A stretch of 64,000 bases of DNA, taken from the NCBI GenBank assembly GCA_047456305.1, contig CP179888.1, forward strand, positions 573,307 through 637,306. The letters run 5' to 3'. Positions 36,063 to 44,229 of the stretch are shown here, piece by piece. How positions within the stretch are numbered: position 1 is the first letter of the stretch; each line of letters begins with the position of its first letter. Under the pieces are notes generated by a model. That model was not told the origin of the DNA, searched no databases, and saw only the letters and a list, made by a program, of their open reading frames with translations. Source of the DNA: Candidatus Nealsonbacteria bacterium. Its GTDB lineage: Bacteria > Patescibacteriota > Minisyncoccia > Minisyncoccales > CAZKCU01. Made by a program: the position numbers and the translations under genes.

Positions 36063-36704
36063 ATGAATAATAATTTTAACTCAGAAAATTTAGGTAAAAT
36101 TTTTGATTTTTTACATAAAGTAGGAAAGTTAAAATTAACTTTCAGATTTAGTGAGGTAAAAAACATGCCTAAAGATTTAAAAGACTCAAGTGCTGCGCAT
36201 TCGTGGAGATTGGTCTTAATGGTATTTATAATAGCTGATGAATTAAATTTGGATATAAATATAGAGCACGCCTTAGAGATTGCTATTATTCACGATATTG
36301 TAGAAGCAATTACAGGAGATATAGACCAAGTTTTAATTTTTGATGGTAAGGTATCAAAAGAAGAAAAACAAAGAAATGAAAAAGAAGCGATGAAAAAACT
36401 TAAAGAAAGCCTACCTTTAAAACTCGGAAATAAAGTATCTAATTTATGGAATGAATATGAGGGAAGCTCTACAAAAGAAGCGAAATTTGTAAAAGCGCTT
36501 GATAAATTAGAAACATTAACTCATTTAATTGAAACTGGTTATAAAACCTATGATAGACCAGAATTTATAGTCAAATATGCCGATAAAACAGTTAAAAATT
36601 TCCCCGAATTAACGGGTGTGTTAAAAATAATCAAAAAGAAGCTAAAAGCAGAATTTGATAAGGGCAATATTCCATGGAAAGAAGAATATGATTGTTTAGA
36701 TTAA
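36063..36704 (+). CDS. HD-domain phosphohydrolase (YfbR-like 5'-nucleotidase type)
   Basis: AAHSWRL...AIIHDIVEAITGDI (H...HD...D). Confidence 0.75.
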   Translation: MNNNFNSENLGKIFDFLHKVGKLKLTFRFSEVKNMPKDLKDSSAAHSWRLVLMVFIIADELNLDINIEHALEIAIIHDIVEAITGDIDQVLIFDGKVSKEEKQRNEKEAMKKLKESLPLKLGNKVSNLWNEYEGSSTKEAKFVKALDKLETLTHLIETGYKTYDRPEFIVKYADKTVKNFPELTGVLKIIKKKLKAEFDKGNIPWKEEYDCLD

Positions 36705-36718
36705 TAAACTGCCAAAAA

Positions 36719-36747
36719 TCGCCAAAAAGGCGGTTTTTTGATAGAAT
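36719..36747 (+). promoter_or_regulatory. Junction element family 2
   Basis: TCGCCAAAAAGGCGGTTTTTTGATAGAAT; ATG 36754 lies 6 nt after the -10. Confidence 0.6.
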
Positions 36748-36753
36748 AGAATA

Positions 36754-38931
36754 ATGAATCTAAAAGACCAACGAACTAATTGGAAATATATTTTAATTGT
36801 AGTTATTTTAACTTTTCTTGGAATAACAGTTTTAGCTCAAGAAGCCGAACTTCCATCACCAGGACTTACCCCCGATAGTCCATTTTATTTCTTAGATACT
36901 TTAGCAGAGAAAATAGGGATGTTCTTTACTTTGGGTGCTGAGAAGAAAGCCGAGAAAGCTGTACGATATGCCGAAGAGAAATTAGCTGAGCTTAAGGCAA
37001 TGGCGGAGAAGAATAAAATTCAAGCCCTAGAGAGAGCTAACCAGAAATATCAAGAATTTCTGAGATTGGCTAATATGAAAACCCAGGAAGCCAAAGAGAA
37101 AGGAAAAGACGTAGAAGAGTTAGCAGTTTTAATTACTGAAAAAACTCTAAAACATCAAGAAGTATTAATAGAAATATTTGAGAAGGTTCCAGAAGAAGCT
37201 AAAGAGGGAATCCAAAAAGCAATTGAAGTTTCAAGAAGTGGTTCAGAAGAAGCTGTCCAGGCAGTAACTGGAGTAAAGAAAGAAGAATTACTACAAAAAA
37301 TAGAAGAAGTAAAAATAAAGGCAGAGGAAAGGATAAAGCTCGAACAATTACTTGCAGAAACTGCTGATTGGAATATATACAATAACCATATTTTTGGATA
37401 TAAAATTAAATATCCAGACGATATATTTGCTATAATTCCGACCTCATTTTCAGATAATAAAAACACCCTCTTTGAAATCGTTCCTCAAGCAGCCGTGACT
37501 ATCCAGATTGGTCAAAATCCGGAAAGATTATCTGTAATAGATTGGATTGAACAAACCCCCGATGATATTTCATTTTTTATCAGAAAATATAAGGATACCA
37601 TAGAAACGATAAACATTAATGAGAAAGAGTGTGCCCGGGTCATTTCTGTTACTCAATCACAAGGACGCCCAATGGAGCAATGGGTACACACTGTAATACC
37701 GTTTGAAACAAGAATGGTTGTTATTTCAAAAGTTGAGGAAGATAAAAGCTATAACCTTGAACAAGTTTACCAGAAGATGTTGCCTACCTTTGAATTTGTA
37801 GAATTAGAAGAAGCTGAGGAAGCTCCAAAGGTTGAAGAGAAGCCATATATTAAGGTAATTTCTCCCAATGGAGGCGAAGAATGGAAAGTAGGGAGTACTT
37901 ACAATATCACTTGGGCATCAGAAGACGTAGAAAAAGTTAATATTTTTCTTCTGGGATGCAAAACAAAAGAGTGCCCTGTGGAGTCAGGAATTTCTTCGTA
38001 TAAAATTTATCCTCATTCGCTAGACGCTGAAGCAGGAAAACATTCTTGGACTATTTATTCAAAAGACATTGGATTTGGATTCGGGTTTGGTATTTCTGAA
38101 TATGTCTGCTTTAAAATAAAAATCGAAGAAGCTTCCTCGGAGTCAGTAGGAATTTTAGACAATTTTCTTTCAATGTTAGCTTATATTGCTAATAAGCTGG
38201 GAATTCAAACTTCTGATTTAGTTAAAGATGTAAGCGACGAGTGTTTTAGAATTATTGAAGTAGCATTACCCGAGGAAGAGAAGGAAAAAGAAGAAGCTTG
38301 TCCTTTGCCTGAGACTCCTGTTTTAACAGGTCCGGGAATTTCTGTTAATAATAATGAACCTTATACCTTGAATTGGACAAGTGTTGAGGGTGCAACGGGG
38401 TATTGGTATCAAAGTGGATATGGTGCTCCAGTTTTCGACGCGCCTGCTGTGTATACTAACTTAAATAGTATTACACACACTCAACACCTCGGGACTTCTG
38501 TTACTTTTTATTATCGAGTAAAAGCCTGTAATGATTGTGGATGTAGTGTTTGGAGTAATATAGTAGATATCCAAGTTATTGTTGCTCCATTCATTAGGAT
38601 TACTTCTCCTAACGGAGGTGAGAGGTGGGTAGTGGGTCAGACTTACAATATCGAGTGGCAATCTTACAGGCTTGAAAAAGTTACCATTGACTTATTTGCT
38701 TATAACGCCGAGGGTCAGGTAATAAAAGGATTCCAGTATTTTATTGCTGAGTCTATTGATGCAACAAGGGGTTATTACAATTGGACTATTCCAGAAATTG
38801 CAGATTACCCTAATTATAAATTAAGGATATACAATAAGTTATGCATAGGAGGAGATGCAGATTTATTAGCAGAATGTTTGAAAGATCGATATTTCGATGA
38901 AAGCGATGGTTATTTTAGTATTGTAGAATAA
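36754..38931 (+). CDS. Large secreted/surface protein (DUF5667-like N-domain, repeated beta-domains)
   Basis: Signal/TM, PGLTPDSPFYFLDTLAEKI, ETADWNIYNN..GYKIKYP, two ISPNGGE.W.VG.TYNI.W modules, FN3-like segment. Confidence 0.7.
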   Translation: MNLKDQRTNWKYILIVVILTFLGITVLAQEAELPSPGLTPDSPFYFLDTLAEKIGMFFTLGAEKKAEKAVRYAEEKLAELKAMAEKNKIQALERANQKYQEFLRLANMKTQEAKEKGKDVEELAVLITEKTLKHQEVLIEIFEKVPEEAKEGIQKAIEVSRSGSEEAVQAVTGVKKEELLQKIEEVKIKAEERIKLEQLLAETADWNIYNNHIFGYKIKYPDDIFAIIPTSFSDNKNTLFEIVPQAAVTIQIGQNPERLSVIDWIEQTPDDISFFIRKYKDTIETININEKECARVISVTQSQGRPMEQWVHTVIPFETRMVVISKVEEDKSYNLEQVYQKMLPTFEFVELEEAEEAPKVEEKPYIKVISPNGGEEWKVGSTYNITWASEDVEKVNIFLLGCKTKECPVESGISSYKIYPHSLDAEAGKHSWTIYSKDIGFGFGFGISEYVCFKIKIEEASSESVGILDNFLSMLAYIANKLGIQTSDLVKDVSDECFRIIEVALPEEEKEKEEACPLPETPVLTGPGISVNNNEPYTLNWTSVEGATGYWYQSGYGAPVFDAPAVYTNLNSITHTQHLGTSVTFYYRVKACNDCGCSVWSNIVDIQVIVAPFIRITSPNGGERWVVGQTYNIEWQSYRLEKVTIDLFAYNAEGQVIKGFQYFIAESIDATRGYYNWTIPEIADYPNYKLRIYNKLCIGGDADLLAECLKDRYFDESDGYFSIVE

Positions 38932-38945
38932 AAGGGATTAAAAAA

Positions 38946-40532
38946 ATGATTATATCCAAAAAACCCCGAACAATCCTACGGATTTTACGGGGCAAGCAAT
39001 TAGGCTTTGCTTTACCTCTGGTTATTTTAATAGTGGTAATTTTAATCGCTGCTGGGGGAGGGGGGTATTATTTTTACAAAACTTTGCAGGAACAGAAAGA
39101 AGCTGAAATAGTTGAGCCCGAGCAAGTAATTGATGAAACTGCGGATTGGCAGATTTATAAGAATGAAAAATATGGGTTTATTTTGAAGTTCCCTGAATCT
39201 TGGACAGATTTTGAGGTACATGAATGGAGGGTGGACCAAGATCCGGGGAGGATGCCGCCATATTTTGATACGATAGAATTTAAGATAGATCGAATCCAAG
39301 ACAACGGCAAAGAATATTATTTTTCGGTCCGGATTTATCCTTATTCTCATGATAACTGGGCAGTAAGACGATTAGGTCAACAAACGAAAAAATATTTTTT
39401 CATCAGCGCCTCACACCTCCTTTATCCTTATCTTGGAGAAAATAAGGATTATGTTTTTTCTTGGGATACGAGTAGAGGCATTCTTTCTCCGGAAGTGCTC
39501 GGAGAAGATTTAACCGAAGATGTTCTTCAATTAAGAACCCAGGAAGCAGAAAGTATTATTTCTACTTTTAAAATAATTAATCCTCTTGAAAAAACTGCTG
39601 AATGGGAAAATTATTTTAATCCCGAGAGATGCAAAGATATCGAAGAAAATGATTACACTAATGAATGCTATTTAGAATCTCTTAGAGATCTCAGAGAAGT
39701 GGAAATGTGCAAGAAAGCGAGGCCGGATTACCAAGATTTTTGTTATTTTCAAGTTGCCCAAAATTTGAAAAATTCTTTTATTTGTGAAAATCTTTCGACT
39801 TTGATTAATCAAGAATCGTGTTACTTAAATATTGCTATATCTTTAAAAAAAGCTTCAATATGCCAGAGTATCCAAACCGAAGAGCGAAGAAATATTTGCT
39901 ATATGGATGTTGCCGAGCTCTTAAAAGACCCTTCAATATGTGAAGAAATTGAGAACCAAAAAGCAAAAGGATATTGTCTTAGGGGTAGCAGCCCAGAACA
40001 GCCAGAACTGCCAATCCCTCCAATTTCTGAATGGAAAACCTATACCAATGAAAAACATAAATATTCTTTCAAGCATCCGCCGAAATGGAATTTTCAAGTG
40101 GAGTTGACTAACCCGGAAATTAGTGAACTTTATGTAATCAGAGAAAAAATTAGCAATGAAACTAGAACAGCTGAATGGCTCTGGTTTGTCACAATAGATG
40201 TCTGGGATAACCCTTCAGAATTATCTCTTATTGATTGGCTTAAATTTCGAAGAGAGCCCGGCGTACTTATTCCCAAAGATATGCCTTTTGTGGCTAATAC
40301 TTCTGTCGGAGAAGAAAAAATAGAAGCACTTCGGCTATGGAAGGATGGTACCAGCACCTGGGACAAACCCGGTAAATGTTTCCAAGCCTGTCCATCCTTA
40401 GCCGTTTATTTTGTTTATAAAGGCAAGGCCTATCTAGCTGGATTGGAATATCGAGGAGAAGTTGATGATGTTGACCAAGGAAGCCAGGAAGTTTTTGAAC
40501 AAATCCTTTCTACTTTTCGCTTTTTAGAGTAA
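38946..40532 (+). CDS. Membrane-anchored secreted protein
   Basis: N-terminal TM; two copies of the (ETAD)W.IY.NEK.G/K..K.P module; Cys-rich helical-repeat middle region. Confidence 0.65.
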   Translation: MIISKKPRTILRILRGKQLGFALPLVILIVVILIAAGGGGYYFYKTLQEQKEAEIVEPEQVIDETADWQIYKNEKYGFILKFPESWTDFEVHEWRVDQDPGRMPPYFDTIEFKIDRIQDNGKEYYFSVRIYPYSHDNWAVRRLGQQTKKYFFISASHLLYPYLGENKDYVFSWDTSRGILSPEVLGEDLTEDVLQLRTQEAESIISTFKIINPLEKTAEWENYFNPERCKDIEENDYTNECYLESLRDLREVEMCKKARPDYQDFCYFQVAQNLKNSFICENLSTLINQESCYLNIAISLKKASICQSIQTEERRNICYMDVAELLKDPSICEEIENQKAKGYCLRGSSPEQPELPIPPISEWKTYTNEKHKYSFKHPPKWNFQVELTNPEISELYVIREKISNETRTAEWLWFVTIDVWDNPSELSLIDWLKFRREPGVLIPKDMPFVANTSVGEEKIEALRLWKDGTSTWDKPGKCFQACPSLAVYFVYKGKAYLAGLEYRGEVDDVDQGSQEVFEQILSTFRFLE

Positions 40533-40606
40533 AGTATCCTGCCAGACAGGTTCTAACATCCCTCCTTCGCCGAAGCTACGGAGGGCGCAGCCGAAGTTTA
40601 AGAATT

Positions 40607-41890
40607 ATGGAAGAAGAAAACCAACAAAAAGATGAGAAAATTTTTTCAATTTCGGATTATATTAAAATTGTAAATCAGGGATTAAAAGCTTTTAGATCAA
40701 AAATCATAGGAGAAGTCAGCGAGGTTAGTTTTGGGCCCACTGGTCATGTCTATTTTACTCTGAAAGATGAAAAAGATGAGAGTATAATAAAGTGTGTAAT
40801 CTGGAAATCCAGATACGATATTTATGGCATTGAGTTAAAAGAAGGGATTAAAATTATTGCCACTGGATATCCTGAAATATACGCGCCGTGGGGAAAGCTA
40901 TCTTTTAAATCTGAAGTTATTGAACATGCCGGAGAGGGAACCTTGAAAAAAGAGTATGAAAAATTAAAAGAGAAATTAACCAAAGAGGGGCTTTTTGAGG
41001 AAGTTAGAAAACGACCAATCCCAAAATATCCGCAGAAAGTCGGAATAATTACCTCAAAACAGGGCGCGGTTCTCGCCGATTTTTTAAATAACCTGGGAAG
41101 GTTTGGACTCAAAATTAAAATGATTGATTCTCGCGTAGAGGGACAGGCCGCTATTGCCGATTTATTGCTTTCGATTAAAACGCTGAAGAAAGAAAATATA
41201 GAAGTGCTGGTAATTATGCGTGGGGGAGGTTCTTTGGAATCAATGTTGGCTTTTAATAATGAATCGCTGGTTAGAGAAATAACCAATTTTTCGGTTCCGG
41301 TAATTGCGGCAATCGGTCATCATAAAGATGTTCCTCTTGTAGCGTTAGCAGCCGATCGTTCGGTTTCAACGCCAAGCATTGCTGCAACCGTTCTTAGCGA
41401 ATCTTGGGAGCAAGCCACCTCATTATTAGAAGAATACGAAAGAGACACTATTAGTTCTTATGAGAATCTATTAGAAAATGCCAATTTATTAATAAACCAG
41501 TCAGTAGATACAATTTGCGGGATAAAGGACTTAATTTTTGATAAATATAAAGAAGTTGAAACTGCGCTAAAAATTTCTTTCCAGGCATTCAAGAATACTC
41601 TCCAAAACAGTAAAAATAACCTAAAGAATTCGTGGAAGAAATCCATATTTGGCTTTAATTCATTATTATCAATAATCAAGCAACAATTAGAGCATTCAGA
41701 AAAAATCGTTTATCTTCGCAATCCGGAAACCCAACTTAAGCTTGGTTATAGTATCGCACGATGCGGTGGCAGATTGATTAGAAGTATAAGAGATACTAAA
41801 ATAGGAGAAGATGTGGATATTCGGGTGGTAGATGGAACAATTATTTCTAAAGTAAAAAACATAAATAAAATTAACAAAAAACATGCCTAA
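40607..41890 (+). CDS. xseA: Exodeoxyribonuclease VII large subunit
   Basis: N-terminal OB region, VGIITSKQGAVLADF, IMRGGGSLES, long helical C-terminus. Confidence 0.85.
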   Translation: MEEENQQKDEKIFSISDYIKIVNQGLKAFRSKIIGEVSEVSFGPTGHVYFTLKDEKDESIIKCVIWKSRYDIYGIELKEGIKIIATGYPEIYAPWGKLSFKSEVIEHAGEGTLKKEYEKLKEKLTKEGLFEEVRKRPIPKYPQKVGIITSKQGAVLADFLNNLGRFGLKIKMIDSRVEGQAAIADLLLSIKTLKKENIEVLVIMRGGGSLESMLAFNNESLVREITNFSVPVIAAIGHHKDVPLVALAADRSVSTPSIAATVLSESWEQATSLLEEYERDTISSYENLLENANLLINQSVDTICGIKDLIFDKYKEVETALKISFQAFKNTLQNSKNNLKNSWKKSIFGFNSLLSIIKQQLEHSEKIVYLRNPETQLKLGYSIARCGGRLIRSIRDTKIGEDVDIRVVDGTIISKVKNINKINKKHA

Positions 41891-42161
41891 AGAAAAACCA
41901 GATGTTAAAAATTTAAGCGACAATCTTAAGAAGCTTTCTGAAATTACCGAATGGTTTGAGAGTCAAAAAGAGGTTGATATTGAGGAGGGTTTGAAAAAAG
42001 TAAAAGAGGCGGTAGCTCTTATTAAGGCTAGCAAAGAACGACTCAAGGCGGTGGAAAATGAGTTTGAAGAAATTAAGAAAGAGGTAGATATTGAGGGGGA
42101 TAACGATGACGAAGAAGGGCCAGAAGGGGACGAAGAAGATGCCAAAGATATACCACTTTGA
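41883..42161 (+). CDS. xseB: Exodeoxyribonuclease VII small subunit with acidic tail
   Basis: 8-nt overlap with xseA. LKKLSEITEWFESQ..DIEEGLKKVKEAVALIK helical-hairpin pattern. Confidence 0.7.
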   Translation: MPKEKPDVKNLSDNLKKLSEITEWFESQKEVDIEEGLKKVKEAVALIKASKERLKAVENEFEEIKKEVDIEGDNDDEEGPEGDEEDAKDIPL

Positions 42162-42191
42162 GACACCCCTTAAGGTCCCCAAATTTGTTCC

Positions 42192-42237
42192 TAAAATCCA
42201 GGTTCGAGACCAGGGATGCCAGCACCAGTCAGCGCAG
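42192..42237 (+). repeat. Direct repeat with tRNA T-arm-like core (left copy)
   Basis: TAAAATCCAGGTTCGAGACCAGGGATGCCAGCACC...AGCGCAG, about 85-90% identical to 42796-42841. Confidence 0.75.
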
Positions 42238-42387
42238 TATCGAGGCCGACCGAGACGTCCTCTTTTGACCAGGGAGCGTTTTTCGATAGAATAAAAACAT
42301 GAACGACAATAAACTAGTTCGGTTTTCACCATCGGATTTATTGGAGCATAACGATGCGCTTGAGATTCTAATAATGTTTTGAAAAAT

Positions 42388-42711
42388 ATGAGCCTTATAC
42401 CAAAAACTATTTTAGGTAAGTGGTCTATTGTATTAATTGTTGCGATACCGGTATTTTTTTATATCGGTATGTCATTTGTAGGTTTTTATGAATCTGTTCC
42501 AGCTGGAAAAACAATACCACATGATATTGTTGTGAGGCCTAGAGTAGCGTTACCGATGTTAGCCGGATTTATTTCCGGAATTGCGGCTTTTTTCGTCGGC
42601 ATCATTAGTATTACAAGGAAAAAAGATCATTCTGTTTTTGTATTTTTATCTACGGCGATTGGGTTTTTGGTGCTGCTTTGGTGTTTGGCTGAAATTTTAT
42701 TTCCGCATTAA
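42388..42711 (+). CDS. Small membrane protein (4 TM)
   Basis: ORF track; hydrophobic segments. ATG 42388 preferred. Confidence 0.5.
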   Translation: MSLIPKTILGKWSIVLIVAIPVFFYIGMSFVGFYESVPAGKTIPHDIVVRPRVALPMLAGFISGIAAFFVGIISITRKKDHSVFVFLSTAIGFLVLLWCLAEILFPH

Positions 42712-42795
42712 TTAAAATTTTATCTCATTTTAGCTTAAAAATGCCCCGACCGAGGCGGGTCGATGGAATACTGCCAAAAGCCCCGAAATCCCTCT

Positions 42796-42841
42796 TAAAA
42801 TCCAGGTTCGAGACCGGGGATGCCAGCAACCCTGAGCGCAG
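42796..42841 (+). repeat. Direct repeat with tRNA T-arm-like core (right copy)
   Basis: TAAAATCCAGGTTCGAGACCGGGGATGCCAGCAACC...AGCGCAG. Confidence 0.75.
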
Positions 42842-42887
42842 CTCCAAGTAAACAGGTTCTAACAGCGTCCAGTTAGCGGAGCAAGGC

Positions 42888-42936
42888 TTGACAAAGATGT
42901 ATGGCATGCTAATGTGATGTAATACAAATTATTACA
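42888..42936 (+). promoter_or_regulatory. Promoter plus palindromic operator of the TA module
   Basis: TTGACA, 16 nt, TGCTAATGT; then TGTAATA-caaat-TATTACA (42918-42936) 5 nt before the ATG. Confidence 0.5.
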
Positions 42937-42941
42937 ATTTT

Positions 42942-43157
42942 ATGCGTGAAATAATTAATATTTCATTACCAAAAGAGTTAAATAAGAAAGTCGAAGAGTT
43001 AATGAAAAAGGGTAGATATGCCACCAAGAGCGAATTTTTTCGTGATTTAATTAGAATGTGTATAGAAGGAAGAATTGTCCGAGAATTAGCTGAGAGTCGA
43101 AAAGAATTATCCTCTAGTAAAGGAAAACTTCTAAAATCATTAAAGGATTTAAAATAA
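42942..43157 (+). CDS. Ribbon-helix-helix (CopG/RelB-like) antitoxin
   Basis: MREIINISLPKELNKKVEELMKKGRYATKSEFFRDLIR, a typical RHH N-terminus. Confidence 0.7.
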   Translation: MREIINISLPKELNKKVEELMKKGRYATKSEFFRDLIRMCIEGRIVRELAESRKELSSSKGKLLKSLKDLK

Positions 43158-43167
43158 ATCCTTGTGT

Positions 43168-43434
43168 ATGAAGATTTACTATTCGAGTAAGTTTGCTCGA
43201 GAGTATCGAAAATTACCTTTAAAAGTGAAGAAGTGTGCCGAGAGGAAAGAACAAATCTTCCGGAAAAATCCTTTCGATCCAAAACTTAAAACTCATAAAT
43301 TAAAAGGGAGTCTTAAAGGATTTCTTTCTTTCTCTATAAGTCAAAAATATCGAATTATTTTTGAATTTGTTAATTCTCACACAGTTTGGTTCCACTCTGT
43401 CGGGGAACATTCCATTTATAAATTGTGGGACTGA
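43168..43434 (+). CDS. RelE/ParE-superfamily type II toxin
   Basis: FAREYRKL, KTHKLKGSLKGFLSFSIS.KYRIIFEF...HSVGEHSIY pattern; 10 nt after the antitoxin. Confidence 0.7.
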   Translation: MKIYYSSKFAREYRKLPLKVKKCAERKEQIFRKNPFDPKLKTHKLKGSLKGFLSFSISQKYRIIFEFVNSHTVWFHSVGEHSIYKLWD

Positions 43435-43460
43435 GAATTGCTGAATTGCTGTTACCGGAA

Positions 43461-43489
43461 TCGCCAAGATGGCGGTTTTTTGATAGAAT
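43461..43489 (+). promoter_or_regulatory. Junction element family 2
   Basis: TCGCCAAGATGGCGGTTTTTTGATAGAAT, identical to the 32630 copy. ATG 43496 lies 6 nt after the -10. Confidence 0.6.
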
Positions 43490-43495
43490 GAAATA

Positions 43496-43636
43496 ATGAA
43501 AGAAGAAATTATGAAAAAAAAGCCGCCGAGAAAAATTAAAAATATAAAATCAACGAAAAAGTCAAAATCTATTTGTCGGTTTTGGAATTTGGCAGCTCGG
43601 TTGGAACACAGAAGAATTAAGAGTAAGAAAAGATAA
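43496..43636 (+). CDS. Possible 46-aa highly basic peptide
   Basis: Own translation MKEEIMKKKPPRKIKNIKSTKKSKSICRFWNLAARLEHRRIKSKKR. Supported only by its position after the junction promoter. Confidence 0.25.
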   Translation: MKEEIMKKKPPRKIKNIKSTKKSKSICRFWNLAARLEHRRIKSKKR

Positions 43637-43696
43637 AAATTAGTATCTTGATATACTCTAAATTAGAGACGAAGTAGGTTTTAACATCAAAATAGG

Positions 43697-43756
43697 CAAA
43701 AAAATAACCCCTTGGTTTGTTTTAGACAGAGTTTCTGCTAAAACGTCCAAGGGGTT
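43697..43756 (-). terminator. Terminator of cassette A
   Basis: AACCCCTTGG / CCAAGGGGTT 10-bp stem with inner GTTTTAG/CTAAAAC stem, followed by a T-run on the minus strand. Confidence 0.65.
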
Positions 43757-43789
43757 CTGCTTTAAATACAGCAACTAGTCCTCTTTTTT

Positions 43790-44008
43790 CTAATCTTTCC
43801 TTTTCCTTTCCCTGATATCTCTTATCAATAGAATTACACACGCGATAAAACCCACTCCACCAACCAGCAAACAAAGAGAAGAAGGTATAAGGTTATTATA
43901 AATATCAACACTTGTTCCTTTTATAAGTGAATAGGTTGAGAAACCTATCATTAAAGGAAAGACTGTAAATGCAGAAATCAACCAAAAAATAAATACTGAC
44001 CTTTTCAT
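43790..44008 (-). CDS. Small 2-TM protein with RERKRKD tail (cassette A, gene 2)
   Basis: ORF track; ATGA overlap with the upstream gene. Confidence 0.55.
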   Translation of the reverse strand: MKRSVFIFWLISAFTVFPLMIGFSTYSLIKGTSVDIYNNLIPSSLCLLVGGVGFIACVILLIRDIRERKRKD

Positions 44009-44229
44009 CTTTCCCTATCCTTTCCTTTCTTATTTTTACTACACTCAAAAAGGAAGACAATTCTTTCCTTTATCAGCCCCATTTTCTTTAGATGCTTTAA
44101 CAGTTCTTCTACTACTTTTTCATATGTGTCGTAACCTATATTACACGCCTCATTTATTAAACCCTGAATATCTTTTGCTATTGTTTGAGCACTTCTAATT
44201 TTGTAGGATTTAAGTTCTTTCCCACTCAT
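44005..44229 (-). CDS. Small soluble protein (cassette A, gene 1)
   Basis: ORF track; SD GGAGG 7 nt upstream. Confidence 0.5.
   Translation of the reverse strand: MSGKELKSYKIRSAQTIAKDIQGLINEACNIGYDTYEKVVEELLKHLKKMGLIKERIVFLFECSKNKKGKDRER

Noticed and set aside
40822-42332. Minus-strand ORFs (40822-41286, 41458-41679, 41696-41923, 41913-42332, 41963-42166) opposite xseA/xseB
   Set aside because: Antisense to well-supported xseA/xseB. Ser/Phe/Ile-rich low-complexity products typical of AT-rich antisense frames.
42725-43282. Minus-strand ORFs 42725-42907 and 42932-43282
   Set aside because: The first is read through the GC-rich repeat region. The second is antisense to the RHH/RelE pair, whose family signatures are clear.
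30752-43489. Junction repeats interpreted as a CRISPR array or an integron attC array
   Set aside because: The repeats are separated by whole genes of variable length (0.3-2.2 kb), not 25-50-nt spacers. No intI integrase or attI is present. The motifs are shorter than attC sites and lack the paired R''/L''-L'/R' architecture with GTTRRRY ends. Cassette-like behaviour is kept only as a hypothesis in the findings.
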